Made by a program: the position numbers and the translations under genes
The notes under the pieces: model-generated
The model's database searches: none
Told to the model about the DNA's origin: nothing
Seen by the model: the letters and a program-made list of their open reading frames with translations, nothing else
Shown: positions 49,771 through 62,045 of the stretch, piece by piece
Position numbering within the stretch: position 1 is the stretch's first letter
How the letters are laid out: every line of letters starts with the position of its first letter
Source of the DNA: Octopus bimaculoides
Lineage: Eukaryota
Direction of reading: 5' to 3'
Assembly: GCF_001194135.2 (NCBI RefSeq)
Contig: NC_068993.1
Location: forward strand, 12,880,323-12,944,322
Length of the DNA stretch: 64,000 bases

Positions 49771-51314
49771 TGTTCGTCTATCTGCCTATCTATCTATTTA
49801 TCTATCGCTCTAATAATAGTACTGATTTTTTATATTGTCATGCAGTCCTCAAATTTTAGAGATATATAGTCGATTAAATCGTTCCCAATACAAGCAAGTA
49901 CTTACTTTATCCGTATCAGAGAAATAATATATCTATTTATGATCATACTGTGACTTGTACCAGAACTATGCGGTAAAAAAAGGATCTGTAATTAAATACA
50001 ACATTGACTCACATTTAGTCAAACGATTTTACGTTTACCGAAGCTGCTGCTGCTGCTGCTGCTTTCATTACGAGGCAGTTTCCAGACATTGGGTGGCCAT
50101 CTCCTAAAATGGCAGTAGCTTTCTATGTGTGTATGTGCTATGTGTGAAAGCATTTGTGTATGATCATGTTTATGAATACACTCACATACGCACATATACA
50201 TGCATGCTATTGTGTGTTTGTATCTTTATGCCAAAACACATAAACATATATGAACGTAGGGATATGTTTTGGCGTGAGTTTGACAAATATTTGAAAACCC
50301 CCAAATACATAGCTGAGTGTTATGTCTAAAACCATGTGTCAAGTTTGTTTATTTATTATTTTTTGCTGACGTAAGAAAGAAATACTCTTGGAGCTGCTAT
50401 TCTTACTTTTGTTTTTATGTGTGTGTGTATGCCCGTGTATATGCATGTGTGGCTGCGTTTGTGCGCGTTTACGTGTATAAGTGAAATTCTATAAATATGT
50501 GTGTGTTCTGGCACTTTAAAATGAAGTATGAAAACAGTAAGATGAATCATACTAAGAAAATGACATTTTATACTAAAACCGTTTCTGAAGTAGGAACAGG
50601 GCCAGGAATGTAGTATAAGGTAATTGTTGATTATATCGACTCACAGTATATAAAATGGTAATTTATTTTATCAATACGAAAATGAAAAGCAATGCTGACC
50701 ACTCTGGGATTTGAACTTAAAACGCCAAGATCCGGAGCAAACACAATTACTCTTTTATTTCAGTCGTTTTGTGTTTCCAGTAATCGACCGCAATCATCGA
50801 CTTTTCTGCGCATGCAGGAGATTACAAGAAGACTTTAGGGTAGTGTTAAGAATTCTTTGCAGTATTGGCCCGAAATGTCTTTATTGTGAGTTCAAATCTC
50901 GTCAAGATTAACTTTGCGTAGTAACCTTCTCGGGTCCATAAATGATATGTGGTCAACCACTTTACCTGTCTGTCTACCAAGCTATTTCCCAGTTTCTCTG
51001 TACCTTTATTGGAATTGCCGTGTGGAGAGTGATAGACGGTCGCCCAAAGCGTCCTGTTCTTCGGTATTAGAAAACACTTGCGCAAGAGACTAAACCATCG
51101 ATTCTGATGGCAAGCCTGATATGCTTTTAAAAACGGCCAAAGACTGCTCAATGAGCAGCTCAGCGCAAGTAGAAATATAGTAGAATATATATATTGATAT
51201 AATAATTATAACGAATACATTTGGTACACGTGCCAAGATAGTAGCTCTTGCCCACTAATTACATTAAAATTTAAGTTTTTCTACCCACTATATAACAAAC
51301 TGAAATAATTAAGG

Positions 51315-51500
51315 TGTTGGGCTCGCGATCTTTAGGTGTGAGGGTCGATTTTCGGCGCGAGCGGTGTGCCGTGACCTTGAGCATCGCACTTTTTATTTCA
51401 GTCTGCAGCTCATCACACTCAACTGGATTTGAGAGCCTCTATCAACTGGAGATTAACCCTGTTACGAGTTAGCATCCCTCTGGTGTTAGGATTATTGTAC
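51315..51500 (+). mobile_element. SINE family C, degenerate
   Basis: GGCTCGCGATC..GGGTCGATT..CCGTGACCTTGAGCATCGCACTT..CACACTCAACTGG resembles 25289-25550. Confidence 0.5.
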
Positions 51501-52432
51501 TCTCGGCCTAACAGCTTTGAATATGTAGTTATGTTCAAGCTCGAAGCAGATTTTATATTAGGTATGTGAGACGCTAGCAAATGTGTACCGCATTCTTATC
51601 ATACTCCGGAAGTGTGTGGGAGAAAGAATTGCTAGAGAGCCGGACAAAATGCCTTTCGGTTATGCATAACACGCATTTTTATTCTGAGTTCAAATGCCAC
51701 TAGATCCAGTTCGTCTTTACCCGTCAGAGAAAATTGCACTCGACTTAATAACTACACCCCTCCTCTTATGCTTAACGCTCATTCCCAGTGTAAAAAAAAT
51801 GCTATTAACCTTCGTAAAAGAGATTGCAGGCGTTCATATGTGAGAAACAGTATATGCCTATTTAAAATAACTATCGCGCTGTAACTGTTTTAAATTCCAC
51901 TCTCAATTTAAGGTCAAATTACATTTCAAACAAATACCGTTGAAAAACTATTTTTTTTTTTTTTACAGTGATACATGAACACGTTTTCAAATGAAATTTA
52001 GTCGAAATAATGTTTTGCATGATACAACAGCGTGTCAAATATATACCATAATCAATATAAAACCAAAATATTTAACCAAATATAAATTTCTCATAAATCA
52101 GATTTCTGTCAGTGTATGAGTTTGTGTGTGTGTGGAGAGGTGCTTGTATAAGATTGTGGATATATATATATATATATATATATCTTTTATATGTAAGCAT
52201 GGTTATGAATATCGTATTTAGTATAACGCATGGGGTGTACTTCAGCTGAAACATACATTCTGACTCTAATTCCCGAGCATTTTGTGCAGAAAATGTATTA
52301 ATAACATAATGTCTCCAATTGAAGTCTATCTATCTATCTATCATATATAGGTCAGTGTATGTACGTATAAATATATAACACAGACATTCAACTGTTTCAT
52401 GTAATATTATATATGTACTTCAGTATTGTTTA

Positions 52433-52516
52433 TACTAATGTCCATATTTTCTTTGCTTTTTCAGGTAAGTACGTTGGTGAATTTATTCGTTTATTTGAAG
52501 ATTATATCAGGTAGGG
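52433..52516 (+). other. Candidate recursive splice site (AG|GT) with 46-nt cryptic RS-exon
   Basis: Branch-point-like TACTAAT (52433-39), polypyrimidine tract TTTTCTTTGCTTTTT, CAG (AG 52463-64) directly followed by GTAAGT (52465-70); second donor CAG|GTAGGG at 52510/52511. Confidence 0.5.
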
Positions 52517-53925
52517 TATCTTACCGTTTCTATACGTGGATGTGTACATGGGTATGTGTGTGTGTGTGTGTGGAATAATCAAGCTACACTCGTAAATAGA
52601 AACAATTACTTTTGAATTTATTTATTTTAGATACATATGTGGATCGATTTACAAGTAGATTGATTCCATTCGCCACCGAGTAAATCGAAATTGTGTAAAA
52701 CGAAGTGGGGGGGGGGGCAAGATTTTAAAGATAATATCTATTGAAGATACAAAATAAAATTTAAGCAATGTTTATAAAAATAAGCATTATACATCTGCAG
52801 ACATGCATGTATCGTTAACAAACTCGCACAGATGTGTTATTTACGATTAAATTTGAGGATCTGATCAAAGACTTTGCAATTCAAAAAGGTAGGAGGAAAC
52901 TTTTCAGATGTAAGGTGGAAATATACAAAAATACATATTATTCTCCCTCTTACTGTTTCATTTCGTTTTGAAAGGTAAAAGTTTATTTTATGGATTGTTA
53001 TTGCTTATATTTTGAATTACGTAATCTCTTATGGGCGCACCAAAATCTTTTTAAGTGCTTAGGCCCACGATGGGTCTTAATCCGGCCCTGCCAGTGACTG
53101 AAACAAGTAAAAGTTAAATGATATAACGATATACCCTACGTATATTTTATCCTACATTTTAAGGAATATATAATCTTATATATCGAGGTGTTATGTAGTT
53201 GCCATCGACCTGTTAAGAGACTTACGAAAAATTTAGTAGCGTTAATAATAACTTTAGAAAACTATTTATGCAGTAAGTTATGACTATACAGATCGCTGGT
53301 GGCGAGGGTGATGGCGGTGAGTGTTACTGTTGTTGATTAGTACCAGATCAACACTTACAAAGCAGGCATATGATCTAACGCATTACATCCACGACCACCC
53401 CCTCTTATTTTTTTGAGCAGTACTGCACCCATACCTACATTACCCAGCCAATTATTTATAATACTGTAACGTGTGGTTTTACGGAAATTTAGCTGCTATT
53501 GACAGCATGTCGAAATCTCGACATGCTGTTGCTAACATTTAGAACCTCCTGCAGTGATTCCTGTCAGCACATGTTTGTTTATATTGGAATTAAAAACACT
53601 GCAGCGGTGGTGCTGGTGATACTGTAGTTGCTGTTGTTGTTTAACACTAGGACAGTTGTAATTGAGCACGTCTGCGATGAACACATTTCCAACTATGACT
53701 GTCACATCTTACCAAGCATAGTACTACGTTATTTAATTTATCAATCCTGGTCTTTGTTTTGGTTTGTACTTTCTTTTTAAGTGCCTGAAAGCGCTTCAAC
53801 GTTAAATTTAGTTTCCTAAATATCTGCAGATAACTGAACTGAATTTTAAGAGGTTTCAGCCTACAAAAATCATGAACACTATCCTTACTCTTCTGTCAAG
53901 GATATTAGGAAAAAATATTGACATA

Positions 53926-54078
53926 GGCGCAGCAGTAGCTCTGTGGTAAGACGTTAGCTTGACAACCACATGGTTCCGGATCCAGTTCCACTGTGTAGCA
54001 ACTTGGATGAGTGTCTTCTATCATTGCCTCGAGCCAACCAAAGCTTTGTAAGTGGATTTGGTTGAAAGAAACTCGTCG
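53926..54078 (+). mobile_element. SINE family A, 5' half
   Basis: GGCGCAGCAGTAGCTCTGTGGTAAGACGTTAGCTTGACAACCACATGGTTCCGGATCCAGTTCCACTG..GTGTCTTCTA..CCAACCAAAGCTTTGTAAGTGGATTTGG. Confidence 0.8.
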
Positions 54079-54367
54079 TGTTCGAAACGCGGTGTAGATA
54101 AAACGGGGGACAGCTGGTGAAGGGAATGTTCTTTATGTTGCCTGTCTCGTTTCTCAATTTGTTTCTCTCGTTGTTCGAAAAAAAGTTCGTTTTCCATGCT
54201 CTTGTCTTTTATGTTCTCGTTTCTCATTTTCTTCATGTTTTTTGGACGTCCTGTACCCACATACGCATGTGTATATACATATACATGTAGGCATGTACGT
54301 GTGTGCGTGTGTGTCTGGTGTGCTAACTATTCTGCCAGCTCCCCACCGTACTTCTTTTTCTACTGAT

Positions 54368-54583
54368 AATCCTTTCTACTGGAAGCACAAGGCCTCAAAT
54401 TTGGGGAAGGAATTAAGTCAATTACACCAACCCCAGTGTTCGACTAGGACTTAATTTGTCGACCCCGAAAGGATGACAGGCGAAGTCGATTCCGGCGGCA
54501 TTCGAACTCAGAACGTGAAGACAGGCGAAATATCGCTAACGACATCGCCCGGCACGCTAACGATTCTGCCAGCTCGCCGCCTT
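54368..54583 (-). mobile_element. SINE family B (tail B2), with an additional head fragment at 54316-54345
   Basis: AATCCTTTCTACTGGAAGCACAAGGCCTCAAATTTGGGG..GACCCCGAAAGGATGA..GCTAACGATTCTGCCAGCTCGCCGCCTT. Confidence 0.85.
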
Positions 54584-54655
54584 AATAATAATAATAATGG
54601 TGGTGGTGATGGTGATGGTGGTTTTTGATTTTGTCTTCATGTTTTTTGGACGTCC

Positions 54656-54727
54656 TGTACCCACATACGCATGTGTACATATACATGTAGGCATGTACGT
54701 GTATATACACATGCGTATGTGGGTACA
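54656..54727. repeat. 72-nt hairpin with perfect 22-bp arms
   Basis: TGTACCCACATACGCATGTGTA (54656-77) is the exact reverse complement of TACACATGCGTATGTGGGTACA (54706-27). Confidence 0.9.
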
Positions 54728-55348
54728 CCTCCACTATATCGATCTCAATATTGAATTGGTACTATATGCTATCAATAACGGGATTAACAACAAGTTGATC
54801 ACGGCAAAATTCGAATTCAAATAGGAAAGATTCAGAATAAATATTGCAGTGTATTTTGGGCAACCCTGTAATGATACAGTAAGAAGGTATCTTTAACGTG
54901 ATCACGCAGTTTTCTTGATATTACAGCCAGATCCACTATTAGATGTACGTTTATGACTTGCTCTGTTCTGTAATTACCTCGACACAGTTCTTTAGGTGCC
55001 TCTGACGACAAATAAATGGAAAATACTGTTTGTCTATTATTGTTATTTAGCTTTACATCTTCAGACTAGAATAGACAGACCAGTGTGGTAGGGACTGACA
55101 TAGAAAAAAGTATTTATTACATTAGAAATGGCGGTCAGATAATTTAAGATAACACTGATCTACTGAGCAAGATTATTCATCATTGTGGAGATGTGCCATA
55201 TACTTACGTATATAATTGAATTCGTCTAAAGATTCGCTGGACGCACACGCATGCACACATGCAAACACGCACATTCTCCTGCGCTGCTTGCTATTTGTCA
55301 CACACGCCTTTGTATGTTTACGGTGTATTTTATTTTAATGGTTGTTTC

Positions 55349-55393
<45 letters not shown>

Positions 55394-56157
55394 CTGTAGT
55401 AGTGGTAAGTCTTTTATTCGTATTTTCTCTTTTGAAACCTTACGGCACGTACTGACCCGCTTGAAAATGAATAGATCACCAACTTGGCTTAGTGGCGTTT
55501 TACAACCCGAATGATCCTTCTGAAAACAAACAATTTCTAAGAGAGAAAGAAACACACGAAGAAAAATAAAAAAAAAAGAGAGAGAGATAGAAAAAAGAAA
55601 GAATGTTTTTGAATGAAGGTTAGAGAATATAGTTGTAGTACGGTGGGATGGGCTAAAATAACTGAACAGAGTATGATAGGAATAACAAATAGAGAAGAAG
55701 TTATAGACAGACTGTGGAATTGATAGCTGATCAAATAATGGCGTTTACAGAAAGCAATCAGGATTCAACTCCAGCTGTAACTACAATAGACTATAGACGA
55801 TCAACCCACACTCAGGCACGCACCCCCTCTCTCTCTCACTCTCCATCTTTCTCTCACACACACATACACATACTCTCACAAACGTGCGCACACTCACAAG
55901 AATGAGCCAGTTAGGGTGCCAATGCGTAGCTGTTTTATCAGCTAGAAAGAGTAGTGAAATGCTCTTTAAAACGCGTTTTTTTTTTTAAACATGTGACAGT
56001 CTTTAAAACAGGATGAGAAGCAAAAACCGGGAAGGTCGCGGATGAAATGCCTTTCATCTTAGGTCTGCTCAATGAAGGCCTCTGTGAACTAAATAATAAC
56101 CACCAACAAAAGCACTTCTCTCTCTCTCTCTCTCTCTTTTTCTCTCTCTGTATATAC

Positions 56158-56203
<46 letters not shown>

Positions 56204-56729
56204 GCATATGTACAGGTGCACACGTCTGCCTCATTATGTTTCTATAGATGACTTATGGAGGTTAATATTTGATGTGGGAGATTTCTATTGGGGTTAAAAG
56301 TGAGAATGAGTCTTTCATGTCTCCATAGAAAACTACGAAGGTGTTGAAAAGAGCGATCTCGTGGGATTGTTTTATCCTTAATATCTTCAGATTGCATACC
56401 ACCTGTTGCTGTGAGTCATATAGAGATGTCGGCTTAGCAATTTCATGCAATGTAAGCAGGCACTCTGTGGGCGTGTTTAGAAACGCTTTGATATTTAAGT
56501 TTGATTTTAAACATAACCATCATTACTAGACTAATAATAGCCAACTTTTTAGATATAGTACAAGGTTTGTATCTGCATCGTGTAAATATAACCCTAGGCC
56601 AAGAGAAATCCAAACGTGGAAATTATGTACGTCAACAGAAATTTCACTACTGCTTTGGGTTTACTTACTATTTCCACAAGTAGAAAAGGTACCATAGCTT
56701 TTGAAAGGCTCTAGTATACATTGAGAGCA

Positions 56730-57140
56730 TTCACTTCATACCAGAAGAGAACTGGTTTGATCTATCATATAACTCAGATGATAGCAGTAATATACCCATT
56801 ATTTACTAGATTTAGTTAACAAGACACCCCACCGAAAAACAAATACAATAGGATTTTCAACACTCATAACGTTAAGATCAGCTATTTCTTTCTTTATGAC
56901 ATTGCTTTCCTGATCATACACTACAACAAAAAACAAACATACACATCTTCCACATCAAGAGACATCCTGCATGTGTCTAAATCCCTCTATCTCCAGAATC
57001 AGAGGATATTACTGAGATATTGCGCATATTTAACATTCGTAGACAGTATGTACACAGGAGTCCCTGTAAGCACCGAAAACTCTCCATTACTACCCTAATT
57101 CATCTGGAAATTAAAGGACATATTGTGATTGTTAGCATTC
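56730..57140 (+). mobile_element. Penelope-like element ORF remnant (post-RT linker, Cys motif, partial GIY-YIG)
   Basis: Frameshifted NWFDLSYNSDDSSNIP / PPKNKYNRIFNTHNVKISY..DIAFLIIHYNKK / CMCLNPS..RGYY / FIWKLKD match the recalled PLE motifs WFNPPY, HFP..K..KIFN..TVKISYSC, CNCR..CPL.G.C and YIW.LK. Confidence 0.72.
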
Positions 57141-57315
57141 CAACCATAACGACCTTTTTTTTATTTTCACACAGTTTTTCTATAAAACTTGCTTTCTGGT
57201 TGGAAGTAGATTTGTCTGTAATTTCTAGCAGTGCAAGCAAGCGTTTAGTCATCGGTTACACTTTTCTTTATAGTTATATTTATATGTGTGTGTATGTGTG
57301 TGCGTGCGCGTGTGT

Positions 57316-57376
<61 letters not shown>

Positions 57377-57897
57377 ATTTATATGCTAATATTAAACCTG
57401 AGGTTGTGTCTCGATTTAATTGATGTTGGGTGATATTTCAAAATTAACTAATTTAACCACTATTAACCCCAAAGCTAATAAAGTGCCAGAAATTGTATAC
57501 ACTTTCATTTTTATACTGTCATTGTGACCAAAATTTTGGTTTCTGGCAATTTAAGCAGCCTTGGACTCTGTCTACAAACTAACTTACCGCTGTATAATAA
57601 GATTTACCAATCAGGCTGGAATAATACTTTCATATACACACACACACATAGAGATATAGATACATAAAGATATGCATATGTGTGTATGTATGTATTTATA
57701 ATTTCTGCCTAAAGTTACGCAGAGCTGTATGTAATTGGGGAGAAAGAAAGACTAATTGTATGTGAGCGTGCGTAAGTATATAACAGCACTATATTTACGC
57801 CTCTATTCCTGAGTGTTTGGTTGTCATGTGTGTGTGCGTGTACATCAGTTTATAGATGAGTGTACGGTACATATATATGATCGTTTGTACGTGTGTG

Positions 57898-57935
<38 letters not shown>

Positions 57936-58716
57936 TAAAATGTTTGTGAATGTGCACGCGCGCGTGTGTGTGTGTGCGTGCGTATGTGTGTGTGTGTGCA
58001 TGCGTATGTGCGTGTGTGTGTCTTGCAGCAATCAGCGGCAGCAGGTATATTCCCCTAAAATTTGGCCACCATATTTGGTTGTTATGTTCGTTGACCAGCA
58101 ATCAGGCGTTCAAGTGGAACGAATGTATTGCCAAAATGTTACAAGCGACGAATGCTGGCCAACTTGGCTGACACGGTTGATTTGGCAGAGCGATCAAAAA
58201 GTAAACTATTAGTGTTTCTATCGCAATGTGTTGTACAGAGAATATCATGATGATGTTGATGATGATGATGGTTGTTGCGTTGACGGTTAAGTCGACGGTT
58301 GTGTTGCTTATGATGTTGGTAATGATATTGTTCATGATGATGATGATGATGATGATGGTAGCGTTCATGTTATTAATGGTTCTAGTGATATATTTTATGA
58401 TAATCATGTTGGAAGTGGTGATGTATGTGACGATGAGGATATGCTGATGATGAGGAAAAGGAGGATTGATGTAAAATTGGTCATTGATTACAAACGAAAG
58501 GATGAAATGTTGTAGTAATTATTTTCCACACACTTCGTGTGGAGGCGAATAATCAGCTATACCAACACCAGTATATGACTGGTTCTTGGTTTATTTACAT
58601 CGGATGGATTAGATGCTATATCGAGCTCGTTAGAACATAAACATACATCGCAAGGTGTCTTAGAGACCGCATTAAAAACTCAGATCGCAGAATAGTCTTG
58701 CATGCCACATTAGCAT

Positions 58717-58925
58717 CAAGAAGAGGATCATAATGTGGCTTACTCCATCTTGAATGTTAATGCAAACACACCCGGAAACCTTCTAGCTCTAGTAAGGCAA
58801 CACTTCCCTCCGACGCTCAAGTGCAATAAGCTGTTCAACGCTCATAGCGTAAAGATTAGCTAATGCAGTCTGGGCAACATTGCTTTCCAGATCGCACACA
58901 ACAAACAAAAATGCAAACATACACT
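58717..58925 (+). mobile_element. Penelope-like element ORF remnant, second copy of the same region
   Basis: KRIIMWLTPS then LNVNANTPGNLLALVRQHFPPTLKCNKLFNAHSVKIS*CSLGNIAFQIAHNK. Confidence 0.75.
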
Positions 58926-59447
58926 GCTCCCAACTCTAAACGCATCTTACTACTAACTAATATACTACTGTCTAATATAGAGTGATACTGTTTCTGTATC
59001 TGTAAATTACAATAATTATATAAATTATAATTGTTTTTAAAAATTTTTTTATGATATCTCAGTCAGCGAGACAGAGACACCACAGGAGAATCAGAGAAAC
59101 AGTGGAAGAGAAAGTCAGAATTGTACAATTTTTAAAACACATGAAGAACAAAATTTATTAAAGTATTGAGATAATTCTAGAGTTGTAAGGTATTGAAACT
59201 TAATAATATACGTATGTGTATATACACTGCGAAGGTTTAAGGTTTAAGGCCAACACACAGATAACCACCTAAGGCCAATTAAAGAACGTCACAGGGTCCA
59301 TAGTGAATAAATGGTAATAAACAGGAGGGGAAAACTTCTAAAAACAACAACAAAAGACACATGACAAAAAAATATACATGGAAACCATTTTTCTAGTAGT
59401 ATTTTCTTTGTTCCAGCCTTCACTTAAATTAACATATCGTTATACGT

Positions 59448-59485
<38 letters not shown>

Positions 59486-59837
59486 GCGTGTGCGTGTGTG
59501 CGTGCGTGCGTGTGCGTGCGTGTGCGTGCGTGCGATGGATAGATATGGAAGGATAGTTTTCGTGTCAAGTCTCAGTTGTCGGACGTTCTCAATAAAATTG
59601 GCATGAAATGAGTGTCTTTATGTATCGCAGTCTCATTCGACTTGTTTATTGTTCTTGATTCTCCTGTTGAGTTGTCAAAGATATGTGTTTATTTTAGCAT
59701 ATTATTTATTTATTCATTCATTNNNNNNNNNNACTTTTAAAAAATGCTTTAACGCAAAACGAAGAGAATATCTATGAAAAGAACGATCTAGAAGTGTCTA
59801 TATCATGGTGTTTCGACTTACTAGAAGTAGCAGCAAA

Positions 59838-60069
59838 GGCGGCGAGCTGGCAGAAACGTTAGCACGCCGGGCGAAATGCTCAGCGGTATTTCGTCTGCCG
59901 TTACGTTCTGAGTTCAAATTCCGCCGAGGTCGACTTTGCCTTTCATCCTTTCGGGGTCGATAAATTAAGTACCAGTTGCATACTGGGGCCGATCTAATCG
60001 ACTTAATCCCTTTGTCTGTCCTTATTAGTCTCCTCTGTGTGTAGCCCCTTGTGGGCAGTAAAGAAATAC
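59838..60069 (+). mobile_element. SINE family B (tail B1), young full-length copy
   Basis: GGCGGCGAGCTGGCAGAAACGTTAG (A-box-like) .. GAGTTCAAATTCC (B-box-like) .. GCCTTTCATCCTTTCGGGGTCGATAAATTAAGTACCAG (resembles the Meta SINE domain, from memory) .. GTGGGCAGTAAAGAAATA. Perfect 14-bp TSD GAAGTAGCAGCAAA (59824-37, 60070-83). Confidence 0.93.
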
Positions 60070-61187
60070 GAAGTAGCAGCAAATTTTTCGGTCACATAAG
60101 ACCCGCGATAATCGAGGTATTACTATATATGTGTCCTTGCGTGTGTGTGTGTGTGTGTGTGTGTTAGTGTGTGAGAGAGAGAGAGAGAGATAGATAGATA
60201 GAGAGATTTACATATACATTAGCACATTGATATTCATAATGAAGCACATGTATAGCTGTACATACCCACAATCTAATGAACATATGCAATGCTTGGCTAC
60301 AGAGACTTGCATACAAACTATGTGGTCTATAAAATGCAATATATGAATAGGTAAATAATCCCCCATTACTATTTTCAATAGATTGCGCCCTTATAGGCCC
60401 CCAGAACTTGGTGCATGCATATATACGCGCAGGCCCACTGACATTCACACATCACGTATACTCACACAAAACAGACACAACAAAGAAACTCACATGCAAA
60501 CAATATCAATGCGGACGTGACTTTCTGAAAGTCTGTATGCACTCGGTTATAAAAATATATGTGCAAAGTGAGGAAATATCACCGGGGTTGCGTGTGTGTG
60601 TGTGTGTGTGTGTACATGCAAATAAACACCCACAAATATGACATTTGTTATGTATATGTGCACCCTGTATGTGTATATACGTTTGTATACATGTGTGTGT
60701 GCATTGTGCTCGTTCGTTCGTTTTTATTTATTAACAAACAAGTGTGTGAATCTGTGTTTGTATGCACTTCTGTGTATGTGTGAGATTGCGTATGTGTGAG
60801 ATTGCGTGCGTGTAGATACACGTATATAGATACACATTCATCCGTTCATAGAAACTTATATACACACATATAAATACCGAAACATTCATTCATTCATATA
60901 TATATTCATATATATATATATATATATATATANNNNNNNNNNNNNNNNNNNNNNNNNNNNNNNNNNNNNNNNNNNNNNNNATGTATACACACCTGTATAC
61001 AATCATGATCATGCATGCTGACATACATAATTGCATACATGCATGCGTACACACATACAGCCTATCAACCTAACATACCATAACGTAGAGAAACCTCTTT
61101 TGCGAAGCCATCTATTGCAACTTGTTTGTTCCACCCATAAATTCTGGTGACTCAGCAACGTTGAAAGCAATTTGATGTGAGATCAAC

Positions 61188-61227
<40 letters not shown>

Positions 61228-62017
61228 GCCCATTTCTTCTCCTCTACTTGACATTGGCTTTCAATCATGTTTATTTTTTATGTTTTTACTATAGTTGTTG
61301 CCGTTGTTTAGCACCAGGTCATCCCCGATTGAGCAAGCTTTATGATCTAATGCTCTATAGTAATAACCATACACCTTTTTTTCTTTTTCTTGTTTATCCT
61401 TTGTATTTTTGTGATATATCTGTATATCTCTCTGCTTACCTTCTACAATTTATCTTTGCCTTCAGAAATACTGTATCTGGAACAGCATTAATCAATGCGT
61501 CTGCATTTTTAAAATGTAGATAAAAACACACGTAACTTCGAGGAAGATTTTTATCCCTGTTCTTAGCACTTTGGGAAAACACGTATAACATCCCTATTTG
61601 GTTTACCTTCGTCATATTTACATGCATACAGACATATAGTTACATTCACATCGCAAACATGGCGAAAATACTTTCGTTTAATGGTGTTTTCAACTTGACC
61701 AATTCTTCTTTTCTGGCATTCACTTACCAGTATAGTCGCATATTTTTAAGTCGGTAGGGTGACTGTTGTGTGTTATTTTTCTGATTTACTCCAGCGTTCC
61801 CGAAAAAAATTCTCTCTTTGGTTCATAAGAATCTCAATGCCAATAATAGAATGCAGAAGAAAGGAAAGCACCTCTTGATATGTTAAAGAAAGTAGCTTAA
61901 TGTAATACTTGCGAACATGTGCGTGCAACCCACGAGCATTATTTTCCTCGTTCGTTTCATTGCTTTCTCATCTGTTTTCTTCTCTTCATTATCACTTCTG
62001 TAACTTTCCTCTAAAAG

Positions 62018-62045
62018 CTGATGAAAGATTATGTCCGACACGTTA
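62018..62045 (+). ncRNA. Degenerate minimal hammerhead-like motif
   Basis: CTGATGA-A-AGA-TTATG-TCC-GACA-CGTT; GAAA is changed to GACA and there is no clear stem I. Confidence 0.25.

Noticed and set aside
50930-51150. Possible RTE 3' ORF end (R..GRP..DR..W) on the minus strand
   Set aside because: Motifs are scattered over different frames; too degenerate to support.
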